Shown: one piece after another, positions 1 to 11,671 of the stretch
Position numbering within the stretch: the first letter of the stretch is position 1
Layout: the number at the start of each line of letters is the position of its first letter
Source of the DNA: Podarcis bocagei
Taxonomy: Eukaryota
Strand: one strand, 5' to 3'
Length of the DNA: 64,000 bases
NCBI GenBank assembly: GCA_964188305.1
Contig: OZ076890.1
The notes under the pieces: model-generated
The model's input: the letters and a program-made list of their open reading frames with translations, nothing else
What the model was told of the DNA's origin: nothing
The model's database searches: none
Made by a program: the position numbers and the translations under genes

Positions 1-250
1 CTCCCAGAAGCTGCACAGCCTTAGGCAGGCTAAGGCAGCCTGGAATGGGGGAGAGAGGCACCGTTTTGATTTTTGGAGTTATCTTTTATTACTAAGAAGC
101 CGAGCCTGTGCTGGACAGCACAATATATCTTATGGATATTTTGGAGGTATCATTTACTCTATTTTGTTATGGTTTTGAAGAGTTTTGTAAGAAAAGTTTG
201 AATAATATTTTCATGGGTCTGAACAATGCTTAATTCCAAAAGGAACGGTT

Positions 251-366
251 TTTTATTATTTATATTTATATACTGCCCATCTGCCACTCTGGGCAGCTCC
301 CAACAAAATATTTAAAACACAATAAAATATCAAAAATTGAAAACTTCCCTATACACCACTGTCTTC
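251..366 (-). mobile_element. 3' end remnant of an L2 LINE
   Basis: Matches the 3' end of the L2 copy at 53654-53775 (gccactctgggcagctcccaaca...aaaacttcc); next to (AGT)n at 368-406. Confidence 0.7.
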
Positions 367-406
<40 letters not shown>

Positions 407-831
407 ATATTTTTTATATGAGAATGAGTGGGGTTTTATTTTCTACACTAATGGCAGGTAACCTAAACCAAAATAATCTGCTGGAACGTATGACAGCACA
501 TAGGAGAATAATACAGGTATTTGGATATGCTTGAATAAATATAAATTAGATAATATTCTATTGTAAAGAGATTGGTTAATGCAGAAGTAAAATAAATCAA
601 TAATTTCAGTGCATGTGGCATCTTTATTAATAGCTACTGATTTTTTTACAATCAACGTCACATCACATTAGCAGTGACAAAATAAATACATCTCAAATAC
701 ATCTCAGAAACCAACTGTTGGGTGACAGCTATATAGCTAGCATCTCCTTTTCCATTTTAAAGAAATCTATGCCCGTACAATCTTGCAACCCCCTGCAATT
801 GAAATGGCACTTTGCAGAGACAAGGATAGCA

Positions 832-890
832 CAGAATCATAGAGGGGACCCCATGGTTCATGTAGTCCAACCCGCTGCAAAGCAAGAATC
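832..890 (-). mobile_element. CR1-type 3' tail fragment (LINE or CR1-tailed SINE)
   Basis: agaatcatagaggggacc...tagtccaacccgctgcaa resembles the reverse complement of the SINE tail at 56320-56386. Confidence 0.6.
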
Positions 891-1003
891 TCGACTAAAG
901 CATCTTTGGATGTTTCGACAGGTTGCCTTCAACTGCAGGAACCATGGATGGGGAAGCAGAAAGCAGTAAATGGTTAGGGTATTCACAGTGCTTTTATCTT
1001 CAG

Positions 1004-1087
1004 GTGGTACTCAAGGGAACACAGTACCGGCATGGTTTTTGTTCGTTTTTTGTTAAAAAGTGTGACACTTACTGTAACAACTTCATG
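1004..1087 (+). other. Candidate 84-nt exon of an unidentified transcript
   Basis: cttttatcttcag| acceptor and ATG|GTGAGT consensus donor in non-repetitive DNA; translation not recognised. Confidence 0.3.
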
Positions 1088-1399
1088 GTGAGTATTTGCA
1101 CCTGTTTTCTTCTAGCCAAAATAAAGCACTAGTTATTTCACCATTCCTTTCACCCACTTTTCAATATCCTATTCAGCCCAAGTGACACACAATCCCTCGC
1201 ATGCAACTTTCTGGGGGCTGCATGTCAGTGTTGGCCATGACCAGAAGCAAAAAGTAGGTGGCACAATCAAAATTGACTCCTCCTTTTGTACAGAAGGTGA
1301 CATACTAGTCACACAAAAGTCCAAAGTTTCTACACTCACACCTCTCCATTCCCCATTCAGGTTTGTGAACAATAATCCTCCCTGCTCTATGTCACATGG

Positions 1400-1536
1400 C
1401 AGGCATAGACAAACTCAGCCCTCCAGATGTTTTTGTACTACAACTCCCATCACCCCCTGACCACTGGTCCTGTTAGTTAGGGATAATGGGAGTTGTAGTC
1501 CAAAAACATCTGGAGGGCCGAGTTTGCCTATGCCTG
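1400..1536. mobile_element. Palindromic hAT-type MITE
   Basis: TIRs caggcatagacaaactc / gagtttgcctatgcctg, internal fold-back, 8-bp TSD tcacatgg (1392-1399) / tcacacgg (1537-1544). Confidence 0.9.
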
Positions 1537-2179
1537 TCACACGGCAAACTACTTTAGAATCTGAAGTAACTTTCAAAGCTTATTTTTGTCATGGGAAGGG
1601 TGTGTATGTTAAACATGAAAGAAATAAAAAGTGACACTTTTGATAACGCTTAAAGTAACTCTTTGGATCCAGACACAAATTTTTAACATCTGTCTATGGA
1701 AATCTGTGAGAATGAACTTCTTCAGGGGAAGTGACATTTAATCTGGAGTTCAGTGCCCTAGGAATCCAATGTGGGTTATTCTACAGAAATAGGTTTAGAA
1801 CTGGAACAACAGCTCCATATTTTAACTCTCTAGACTTACAATGTATAGTACCGATTTTATTCCAGTCAGTGGTGGATTAATTTTATATTCACTTCAGTGA
1901 ATGGACCATTAAATCCGTTATACCATTTATGGCTAGACTGAACATATAGAGAGGAATTCAGAATGAGGTATTAGTGAAAGAGCCTCAGTCTGGATTTCTT
2001 TTCCCATATCCATTTTTCTCTAGGTGCTCTTTTATCCATTTTGTCCGAATGTGAAGTTCTGCTTACCAAAGCAGGCAAAGCCTGCCAGTCGATCTAGACT
2101 TTAAAGTATCCCCCCCCCTTTTTAATAAATCCATTTCAAGGATTAGCCAGTGGAGAATGCACAGCATCTTGCGCCTTAC

Positions 2180-2257
2180 CTTAGACTGAATGTTTCTTTT
2201 GTGACTCGCTCAGCTGGCACCACTTTTGATTTTTAAAATACTCCAGAAAAGCAGCAC
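2180..2257 (-). other. Candidate 78-nt non-coding exon
   Basis: Minus strand ttttgatttttttttcag| acceptor and AAG|GTAAGG donor; stop codons in all three frames. Confidence 0.3.
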
Positions 2258-5054
2258 CTGAAAAAAAAATCAAAACATTACTTGCACTATCTGCAATCAT
2301 TTCAGATTCTGTGAAGCGGTAGGGAAAGGTGTTCATCTCGCCATCCTACAATCTGCAGAGATTTCAATTGGAAGAATTCCAACTGTGGTCGTATGAAGTT
2401 ACTTTTAAAAAAGATAGTTCAACTAGCCAACCAAAAGCATTGTTCTCTCTTCTCAGTGCTGACCCTTCAGGTGAGAGCAGCCTTGATTGTGAATGGTCAA
2501 AGCGTCTAAAGAAGCCTTTGAAAGTTCTGCTAGGCCATGCCTTGGGTGCCCTACCAACCACAGACCTGGAGGAGTTCTTTGCTTGAATGGAATACATGTT
2601 GTCACATTTTATATGACTAGTGGGTTGCCTCTTAAGAACACGTGTAAGCTGTGCTAAGCTGAAACGAGAAGGCAGAACTGTAGAGCAAGTTCTGAGTTAG
2701 TGTGCAGGTTTTCAAATGAAACGTGCTCATCATACCATGTTCCAAACCCCATCCTCAACCTGATACCTTCCAAATCTTTCTACTTCAACTCCCATCATCC
2801 CTTACCGTTATCTATGCTAGCTGGAGAGGATGGGTGTTGTAGTCTCAACTGTAGGTACCATGTTGAAGAAGACTGTCATACAGATATGCTTGACCTACAG
2901 CTGTTTCTGCCCAACACCTGAGGCACCTGAATGAGCAGATAATTACGGTACATGATAAGGAAAGGATTCCCCCGCCCTTAATGGCTAGACATGCAGCTCT
3001 GATGCATGACACTCAACCGTACGGCAACAATCTATTATCCTGTTTGAAAACTATCCTAACATCTTGCACATATACCATTTGCTGCTTGTACAAAAGCTTA
3101 GAAATTGTGACTGGCCTCTGATTCCCACCCTCTTTATACTGTAGCTCTTTTCAGGTAACCAAGTTTATTTGAGAAGTGCAGACTAGATAGCTTCACATTA
3201 AACACCGCCCTCCCCAATTCCTACCTTAGATTGGCTGAGGTTTGGGAACTACATATAATTTATCATGGGGCTTGTTTCATTTGTATACCACCCTTCATTC
3301 ATAGATTTCAGGGCAGAGTCTTTCTTAAACACAGTCTCTTTAATGCCTCAATACATCCACAATGCTGACTTCTATCAGTATTTTAATGCCATCTTCAGGG
3401 CAGAAAACCTCTCTCAAACCACCTCACTAAAACAAAGTATAAACAGTTTACAAATATAACACACACACACACACACGTTTGAAACTAAAATAGAAGCAAT
3501 GGACAATCCCAGGTATAGACTACACAATCCAACATTACCTCACACAAGTGCAAAGTATACAGTGCCGGTAACTGTAATGACACCTCTGAGTTTTTGCCAC
3601 AGATGTCTCTCAGTGCCCTGCATGACCTCCAAGCCTGAATCAAATTCAGAAATTTTATTGACTAAATATTCACTAATGAAAATTTTAGTATTCATCCTTA
3701 TCTACTGACACACTTTACAATAGCTTGACATCTCAAAGGCACCTTTAGTAATGGGATTTTATTCAGCCTAATTTGTTCAAAAATCATTATCTATGCAAAA
3801 CTTCCTTGTTCTGCTGCTAGTGTCATTGCTTCAGACAAAGAGAACAATCTTAGAATTCTAGGATGTATTGTATTACATGCCTTATCTAGTCTCAACAAAC
3901 TGCTGGCATATATTAAAATATAATAGTGTAAATGTTAGCAGGGTGGGGAACACTTGGTTAGTCTTTCTAATTATTTCACCCTATTCCCATTTCATAAGGT
4001 AAAATGACTTGGAGGCTTTTTAATTCTGCAGTTACACTTCTGGGAAAATAGCACTCAATCAGTTTTACAAACAAACAAAAAAACAAAGGCAATGATTAGC
4101 ATAATATTTTGTAAATGAAAAGAGGGATTCTGCTGTGCAGGAGCAGGTGGATGGAGCAGAGTCTACATGTCAGGAAGAGGGCTCGGGGGTGTGACCTGGA
4201 GGAAAGTGGGTGGTCAGTGAGATCAACACTATTCAGAATAAATCCACTAACACAAATTAATAAAGTGCAGTCAGAATGGGCAATGCAAGAAATGGAGCTA
4301 ATACAGATTCAGTTCAATGGGCACACATAAATAATATATCAATTAAAAATTATACCTTTGGAAGATACAGTAATCCCTCATTTTACTCACGGGTTCAGTT
4401 TGAAGGGTTATGTGCATATGTGAAAATCATGCATAGTCAAAATCTTGGAGCCTAGCAGGTGGAAGAGAGAACAGCCCCAGCAATCCCAGAGCAGGTGCAG
4501 TGAATGAGCCTTGGACCCACAAGCAAGGTAGAGAGCTAAAAAGCTCTTTTTGTACCACTGCCAGCAACAGTGGGCAGGGGTGGGGTGGGATTAGCATTGA
4601 GAAAGAAAGCTGCAATCCTATACTCACTTACCTCAGAGTAAGCCTCAATAAAGTTAATGGGACTCGCTTCTAAGCAGATGTGCATAGTACTGTCCTATAA
4701 AGGAATTACATGGTAGCAATTTGAAAATTGCTACTGATTGCAGTACAGAAAAGCCATATTTAGTCAATGTTTTTATTGCGACAGTTCAGAACAAAGTGTT
4801 ATGTCAAAAACGTGTTCCCTTACCTTGCAGCCCTGGCAATTAAAATTTATCTTAACCTACCCATCAAATAATTCTTTAGTTGATTATTATATTTAATTCT
4901 TTAGTTGATATTATATATACTATATATATATATGGCTGTGAGTCCTGGAAGACCTGCTCCCTGAACTGTGGAAAGGCGGCATACAAATAAAACTTTGGCC
5001 GTATGTATTATATCTTCTGTGTGCTACCATGTTAACTATAGGGATGAATGCAGG

Positions 5055-5818
5055 TTGCGTCTTGAGGCCCCAAGACCCACTCCCAAAATAAATATACACA
5101 GACCCTTATATTAGTTTACGTTTTTGGCAAATTTTGGCCACAACTTTATTGAAATACAATCACGTGAGCGGTATTGGCTTAGGCATTGACTCCCCACTAT
5201 AACTGACTCCACATCTCAGGGTGATTGTCCAATGGGGTAAACCAAACGAGGGAGCAAGGTCGATGAGGACCAACCTAAGCTCAACCGGGGGTTCCTGTGG
5301 TCCTGGCATGGTCCTAGCCCTTCAAGCGGACTTGGGACGAGATCCAGGACCCCCAGATTCCTTTACCAGAATACCCAATTCCGGGGGGGGGGGCAGGTGA
5401 TGGCAGCACCTCCCCTCCCCACAATCCAAGTGAGCCAATGCCTAACCGCCACCTTACAAGTTGTGACGATTTGCTCAGGGGTAGGCGAAAACCAAATGGC
5501 TAAAAGCCAATCTGCCAAATGGAAAAAATTCCTACCCTGTTCCAAAACAGGCGACCCAAACCAAAGCAAGGCCAAGCGACTCTACCTAAACTAGGGAGGG
5601 TAGGCGGGTGTTCAACCGTGCAAATGCAAGTGCCCCACTTGCATCACACTGCTGCTTCTAAAGCCCCTGGGATCATGCCACCTACTGGCTATTGGCTAAA
5701 AAAGCCTGGCATGATCCCAGGGGAATGCCCAGGACTTCATGCTCCCCCCCCATTTTAACCCTGTCAGGTGAGCTCTTGGGTCCTGAGCGCAACCAGGACC
5801 CTCTGTTATGAGGATCCC
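5055..5818 (-). mobile_element. Solo terminal-repeat unit, probably a DIRS/Ngaro-type tyrosine-recombinase retrotransposon (copy 1)
   Basis: GC-rich island; on the minus strand cccgcctaccctccct, tcgtcacaactt, aatgcctaagccaa, aataaagttgtggccaaa and a GCAA end; blocks shared with 24514-25323; no TSD seen. Confidence 0.55.
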
Positions 5819-7088
5819 ATTTATATACACTTTTAACAAATAAAACAAAACAAATAACACTGCTTTAGCTGCTACAATGCTTATTTTACACAACCTCTGT
5901 TCCTCCCCATCCCCATGTTATACTCAGCTGTGCTCCTGGAGGGAGAACTGAGATGGTCAAGGCTTATGCTATCATCAGTGTGGCAACTCCACCAAGTTAT
6001 AAATGCGATAAAAGTGTTGGAGGTGAGCCAGGTTGAAATGAAGACATTTGGAAATGAATAATAAAATAACAAAAAAGGAAAGACACCCCCCAAATTAAAT
6101 ACTAAATCAGAAGAATAACATCCTCATCTCCAGCCCCCTCCCTCATGCCAAGCTTGATTAAAAAAATACTTAGCTGGTATGTCAGATTTTTGAATGGAAA
6201 AGGGGAGCCAAAATCATTTCTTGTGGTCTGGTGGGTCTTTATTGAATATATCAAAAAGGAACAGTTACATATTTTTCCCCACCCCAGTTTCACAAAACAT
6301 TTGGGACAAATGAATCTCTCCATGAATAATCCATTGCCTTCTGTTTATTATGAGATATGCATTACATACACTCTTACTGTACATTGCATTGTCAGCTATT
6401 ATACAGCTCTGTAATAGTAATGCTCCTGCTCTGCTTGATGTTTTGCTGTTATTTACCATTCTTAGTCCATCTAAGTTCCTTTTATTTTATGTTATTTTTG
6501 TAGTTTCATTGAAAATCAATAGAATTATTAATTTATTTATTTAAAAATGTGATTATTAATGAAATGCCTACTAGGAGCTTTGTGTACATACCTTGAAGTG
6601 GCACAGCAAAAAAAGGGTGAAAAACTGCCCCTACCTTCCTCTTGACAAGTATGGATGACAGGTTTTAACTGCAGAGATTGGTCTGCTACTCTGCTCTGTC
6701 CTGCTGCTTCTGAGTGGTGGGGAGGAACGTTCTGTATAGCTGCAAACCTATATTCAATTCTCCCAACTGAAGTCGGTGGGGTGTACTTCAGAGTAGACAC
6801 TGTAAGTCTGCAACCCTACACCTACTTACATTGAAATAGTCTTAATTTAGCTCAATCGAATTTACATTTGTGTAACCATGTACAGGATTGTGCTGTAATT
6901 TAAAATAAAAATAGTAATAGTCCTCACCTTCCAAGTCTAATTTATTTGTATTGTCATTGCTGAATATGGCTGCATTTTCATGTTGATGTTGGAACTTATA
7001 AATGTCATATATGCATTTATATATTTGACGGTCCTTTAACATTTTCAAGAGTAACATTTTCAAGTTGTTGTTGGTTGCTTTTTTTAAG

Positions 7089-7151
7089 CCATGGAACAAC
7101 TGGGAAGAAGATGTGCAGTGAAACATTGTAGATGTTTATCACCCGACAGAA
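7089..7151 (+). other. Candidate 63-nt exon
   Basis: tgctttttttaag| acceptor and GAA|GTAAGA donor; purine-rich; product not recognised. Confidence 0.2.
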
Positions 7152-8964
7152 GTAAGAGCGTTTCTACACAGAAGTAAATCCTACTGAATTTGATGGAGAT
7201 ATGCAGGGTTAGGATTGTAGCCTTTATCCTTTGGATTTCAGTGCAGTTTACTCCCAAGTAAGGGCAATGTATGGCAGTCTTGGAGGGGGAAAGAAAGCCT
7301 TGCACTTGTTGTGTGAAGCTGCAGTTAAAAGGGGACCTTTAGAATACTTAGCCTGAAGGGGAAAGAATCAAAATGGAACGTCAAGTGAGGATCAGAAGAG
7401 AAAAGAGGTAAGGTGTTAATAATGTCTTCAAGCAGAATCAGGAAGAGAGGGCTGCAATGAAGCATGCAGATGAGAAAAAGCAGGGAGAAGTAAAGGTTTT
7501 GTAAGGATATTAATGGTTGATACATGGAAAGAATGAGGATGGGGATAGAAAGCAAAAGTGATTCAGCTGGGGGGGAAAACCAGGCTTTAACAGACCTCTA
7601 GAGGTTCAGAATTCCAAAGCTGAGTTTAGATATTTGGCCTGGTTCACACATCATGATAAGCCATACCACATATCATTCAAATGTGGGGTCGTGTCAAAGC
7701 TCTCTCCTCTTGCATAGGAGGGGTTTGGTCCAGATGACTCCTCAGGGTCTTTTCCAACTATACAATTCTGTGATAACCACAATCTGTGACCTCGAACAAA
7801 CTGTGACTACAGATCATGGTTAATGAGAAGACAACTTCATCACGATTCCACATTTGGGCAGTACACCTTGGCTTAGCTGCCATGCTGCACTGAGCTAAGA
7901 GGATTAGGAAGGAGCAAAGCAGCTATGATTGCTTTGCTGGGAGGCAGCACATTTGCATTAAGCTTGCCATCAGAACACAACCACTGTGGTTTAACCATAG
8001 TGGATTGTGCGAGGGGATTATAAGGACCACTTACACTGTTCTTCTTGCACTTGTGTAAGCTGTTTGCACAAATTGCTTCATCATACAGACATCTTGTACA
8101 AAGGATTTGATTGGGGAATGGTTTTATTCAGGCAAGCTGCTTGCTTAAGGAAAATAGCTGCTCTGCATGCAGATGCCTATTTTTCAAAGGAACATGTGGA
8201 TCTTTGCTTCTGATGTGACACATGGAAGGATGTGGTTCATAGTCTGGCCAAAACCATTCTAAGCTTTATAGGATGAAGGGTGACAATATGAAAAGGCCTC
8301 ACCCAATATGCATGAAAGTCTATTGGGAACAGAGTATCATATTCAACATTTTACTCAGCTGACAGTAAGGCTTATATCAGCAGACTGGAGACAGAATCAA
8401 TTGTTGGCTTTTCTTCCTCACACTGCAGCTATTCCAAATATACTCCAGAGCAGATTTAGGGAGGCTGCGGAAGGAGTTTCATGAAGAAGGGAAATGGTGA
8501 AAATTACTTCTTCTCCATTCCACTAATGGAAGTCTTACTATCAGCTGAGCGACACCATTGGATACAATCCAGAAGCACAAACAAAACTGGCAATGTACTT
8601 ATTTCTCAGGTTTAAGAACGAGCAGCAGCAATTAGCTTTTGAGCCAAAATACTTAAATGTATACTTTCAGGAAGTCTGAAAAATGTTGTGTAATCAACTC
8701 CAATGAGGAAATGAATAAAATTTGCCTATTAATGTGACACCACCCCACAAATCTATCAAATCATTGAAGTGAACACATCACATGTACAAAGTCTTTTTAT
8801 CACTGCTATCTCCTATTTCAGGGAAGAGAATGCAGTTCTATATATCTCTTCATTCCAACTGTCTGGCTCACAGTCAGAATAAATGCTGCTGCTGAACAGA
8901 CACATTGGCTTTTGTAACAGGAACCAATACCAATTTCCCAACATGGAGGATTCCCCTCCCCCAC

Positions 8965-9097
8965 CTAATCTTTTTCCTTTTCCACTGGAAGCACGAGGTC
9001 AGCAGTAAATTAAGAGGTTAAACACAAAGTAGATCTGGTGCCGTCTCGCCGATATCTTCCGAACATACCAGTCATTCCATATTAGACTTTTCACTTC
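8965..9097 (-). other. Candidate CpG-retaining exon; 3' boundary uncertain
   Basis: Long polypyrimidine tract ending ...aatgtttcag| at 9098 on the minus strand; several CpGs in CpG-poor surroundings; weak donor AG|GTGGGG. Confidence 0.25.
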
Positions 9098-10943
9098 CTG
9101 AAACATTAAAAAATAAAAAAATAAAACACCCACTATACCAAGGGGATTGTCATTCCTCTACGAAGTTTTCATTCACGATGTTCAGCTATGGTCATTATTC
9201 CAAAGAGCTTTCAGCTCTGACAGAATGCAGCCAAGCATTGCAGGATGGCTATTTCAGTCTTGCAACTGATTCTTGCCTCTTCATGTGGTATAAATGGCCC
9301 TTCCGCAAGCCATTTACTCCTGATTGCTCATTTTCAAGTACATGGTTTTGCTCCCAAATTAAAAGAGGTCTGGATTGCAGCTATAGGCTGTGTACACACT
9401 ATAGCTTTAATCAGATTTGAAGCACATTCCTTTCCTCCAAGAATTCTGGGCACTGTAGTTTGTTAAGGGTCACTTCCTGTTTGCTTCATATAATATGTTG
9501 TTCTGAGCAGATACCACCTGGGAACCAATGTCCCCACTGTGGAAGGACGTGTGGGTTCAGAATTGGTCTCCGCAGTCACTTATGGATTCATTGTTAAAAC
9601 CGTGTTTATGGAAGACAATCTTACTTGGCTATGATTGATTGCCAAAGAAGAAGAAGACGACCATGCAGATGTTTCTCGTGTGTGTGTATGTAAAACACCG
9701 TACAAAAATATTCCTCCAGGGCAGCTTTACAACATATAAAAGCATAATAGAAGCAATAAAAAGCACAACAGTATCAAAACAAGTAACAGAGAAACAACAT
9801 GCAAGAACAGCACAAACCAATTGCATCAAAGACTAACATTATTTAAAAGGCACAGAAAAATAAAAGGGTTTTGCATTACACCAAAAAGATAACACATTAT
9901 ACTGCCACCCTGACACCTTACTGGGATTATTCAACAGGATTTTACTTCTAAGTAAACATGGCTAAGATTGTACTGTTTAGCCATCAGGGAGACCTTTCTG
10001 GGGAAAGGATTCAAAAGCTAAGGCACTACCACTGAGAAGGCCCTTCCTCTTATTGCTACCTCCGTCACTTCAAATACTGCAAGTACCTGGAGAAAGGCCT
10101 TCAAAGCAGATCTTCAAATATGAACAGGTTGGCGTGAAGGCTGAAAGGGTGAATACACTCTGTTCCCAACAACCCTTGTTCCCAGTTGCAATTTTAAGCA
10201 CAGCATTAAACGCTGGATATCCATCACTGTCAAGTCTCAAGGTTGTGCACCTTACTCTCCTGTATAGAATTTGACCTCAAAATGGGACAGAAAAGCACAG
10301 ACATGAGTAAACTCCAAGCATGTAATAAACTAGCTGAGGTGGTGCAGGGGAAAGAAATTTGGATGGATTATTAGAACGGGATTTAATTATACATGTATTT
10401 CCTGATTCAGGCTAGATGCTGTTCATGAAGTAGAGCAAGGCATTCAAGCCCAAAGTTCATTTCTGGATTAGCTGCCTGTAAAATCTGCCTGCTGGGCTCT
10501 GTGGGAACTAGCTCATATCTCACAGCATGCAATTAGTTATGTATATTTCTATTTTACCTTCAGTCAAGACCAACAATGTCTGCCCAAAACATATTCATAG
10601 GAGAACTGTCAGCATTCACAGAAACTTTAATACTGGGAAAGAGGAAAACAAAAGCTTTCTTGGCTATTTAAATTGGACATGATAATGAAGCAGTAATCCT
10701 ACAGTTGTGAAATTTACAAATTGCTTCCATGGGAACTAAAAGAGAGGAATTGATTATTCAACTGGATCAACTGTGTGCCAAGAGTATTTTCTGAAATTCC
10801 CAATCTGATTCCTAGCAGAACTGTCTATGTGGTTTAGAATGAACCATGAAGCAAACAGAAAGGTGTATCTTTTGAAACAGGTTTCAAAATATCCCCCCAG
10901 ATGTTTTGGAGTTCATTCTTGAGCATTGACCATTGACCATACT

Positions 10944-11671
10944 TGTCAGGGAGCGGCAAACGGGAGAAGATTTAAGAACAGAAACCAGCAATTATAGAGA
11001 GCCTAAAGAGATTATTAGCAGCCTGTCGTCTGACAGCGAGTCAGAGGCAGGGAGGGAGGAGGATGAGCTTGGAACAAGTCATTCTGTACACAGAGGAAGT
11101 CAGGGGCGGGGTTTCCGCAGACTTGCATGCCGGGTTAAAAAAATAAAAAAGAAATCAGATGCGGCAACTGTGCCAAAGGAGTCGGACGTTGATTGAAACA
11201 CTGGAGATGTACTTTTGAACTTTGTCAATAAATCAAATACCGTATTTTTTGCACCATAACACTCACTTTTTTCCTCCTAGAAAGTAAGGGGAAATGTCTG
11301 TGCGTGTTATGGAGCGAATGCCTGCGGGTGGCGGGGGGGATCTGCTGCAGTCGTGAGCAGAGGATCCATGGTTCCTCTTCCTTCCCTCCTCCATGGTTAC
11401 AAAGCATGGATCCACATGGATCCTCAGGATTTTTGCATTGGGCTACTCCAAACTCACTGTCAGATCACATGTCTGCGGCCACAGCATGAACCACAAAAAT
11501 CATATATCCACTATTTCATTTAGAATATTTTTTTTCTTGTTTTCCTCCTCTAAAAACTATGTGCGTGTTATGGTCCGGTGCGTGTTATAGAGCGAAAAAT
11601 ACGGTAGATTGGAACTGGCCGTGAGCCCGGAGTTTTATCTATGCCGGCTTGACAGCATAAAGCCTCTGACA
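10944..11671 (+). mobile_element. Solo LTR (Ty3/gypsy-like), 361 bp once the inserted MITE is removed
   Basis: TGTCAG...CTGACA termini, perfect 5-bp TSD atact (10939-10943 / 11672-11676), AATAAA at 11227-11232. Confidence 0.85.
11240..11604. mobile_element. Tc1/mariner (pogo/Tigger-like) non-autonomous element inside the LTR
   Basis: TIRs ccgtattttttgcaccataacac / gtgttatagagcgaaaaatacgg; TA duplication at 11238-11239 and 11605-11606. Confidence 0.9.
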
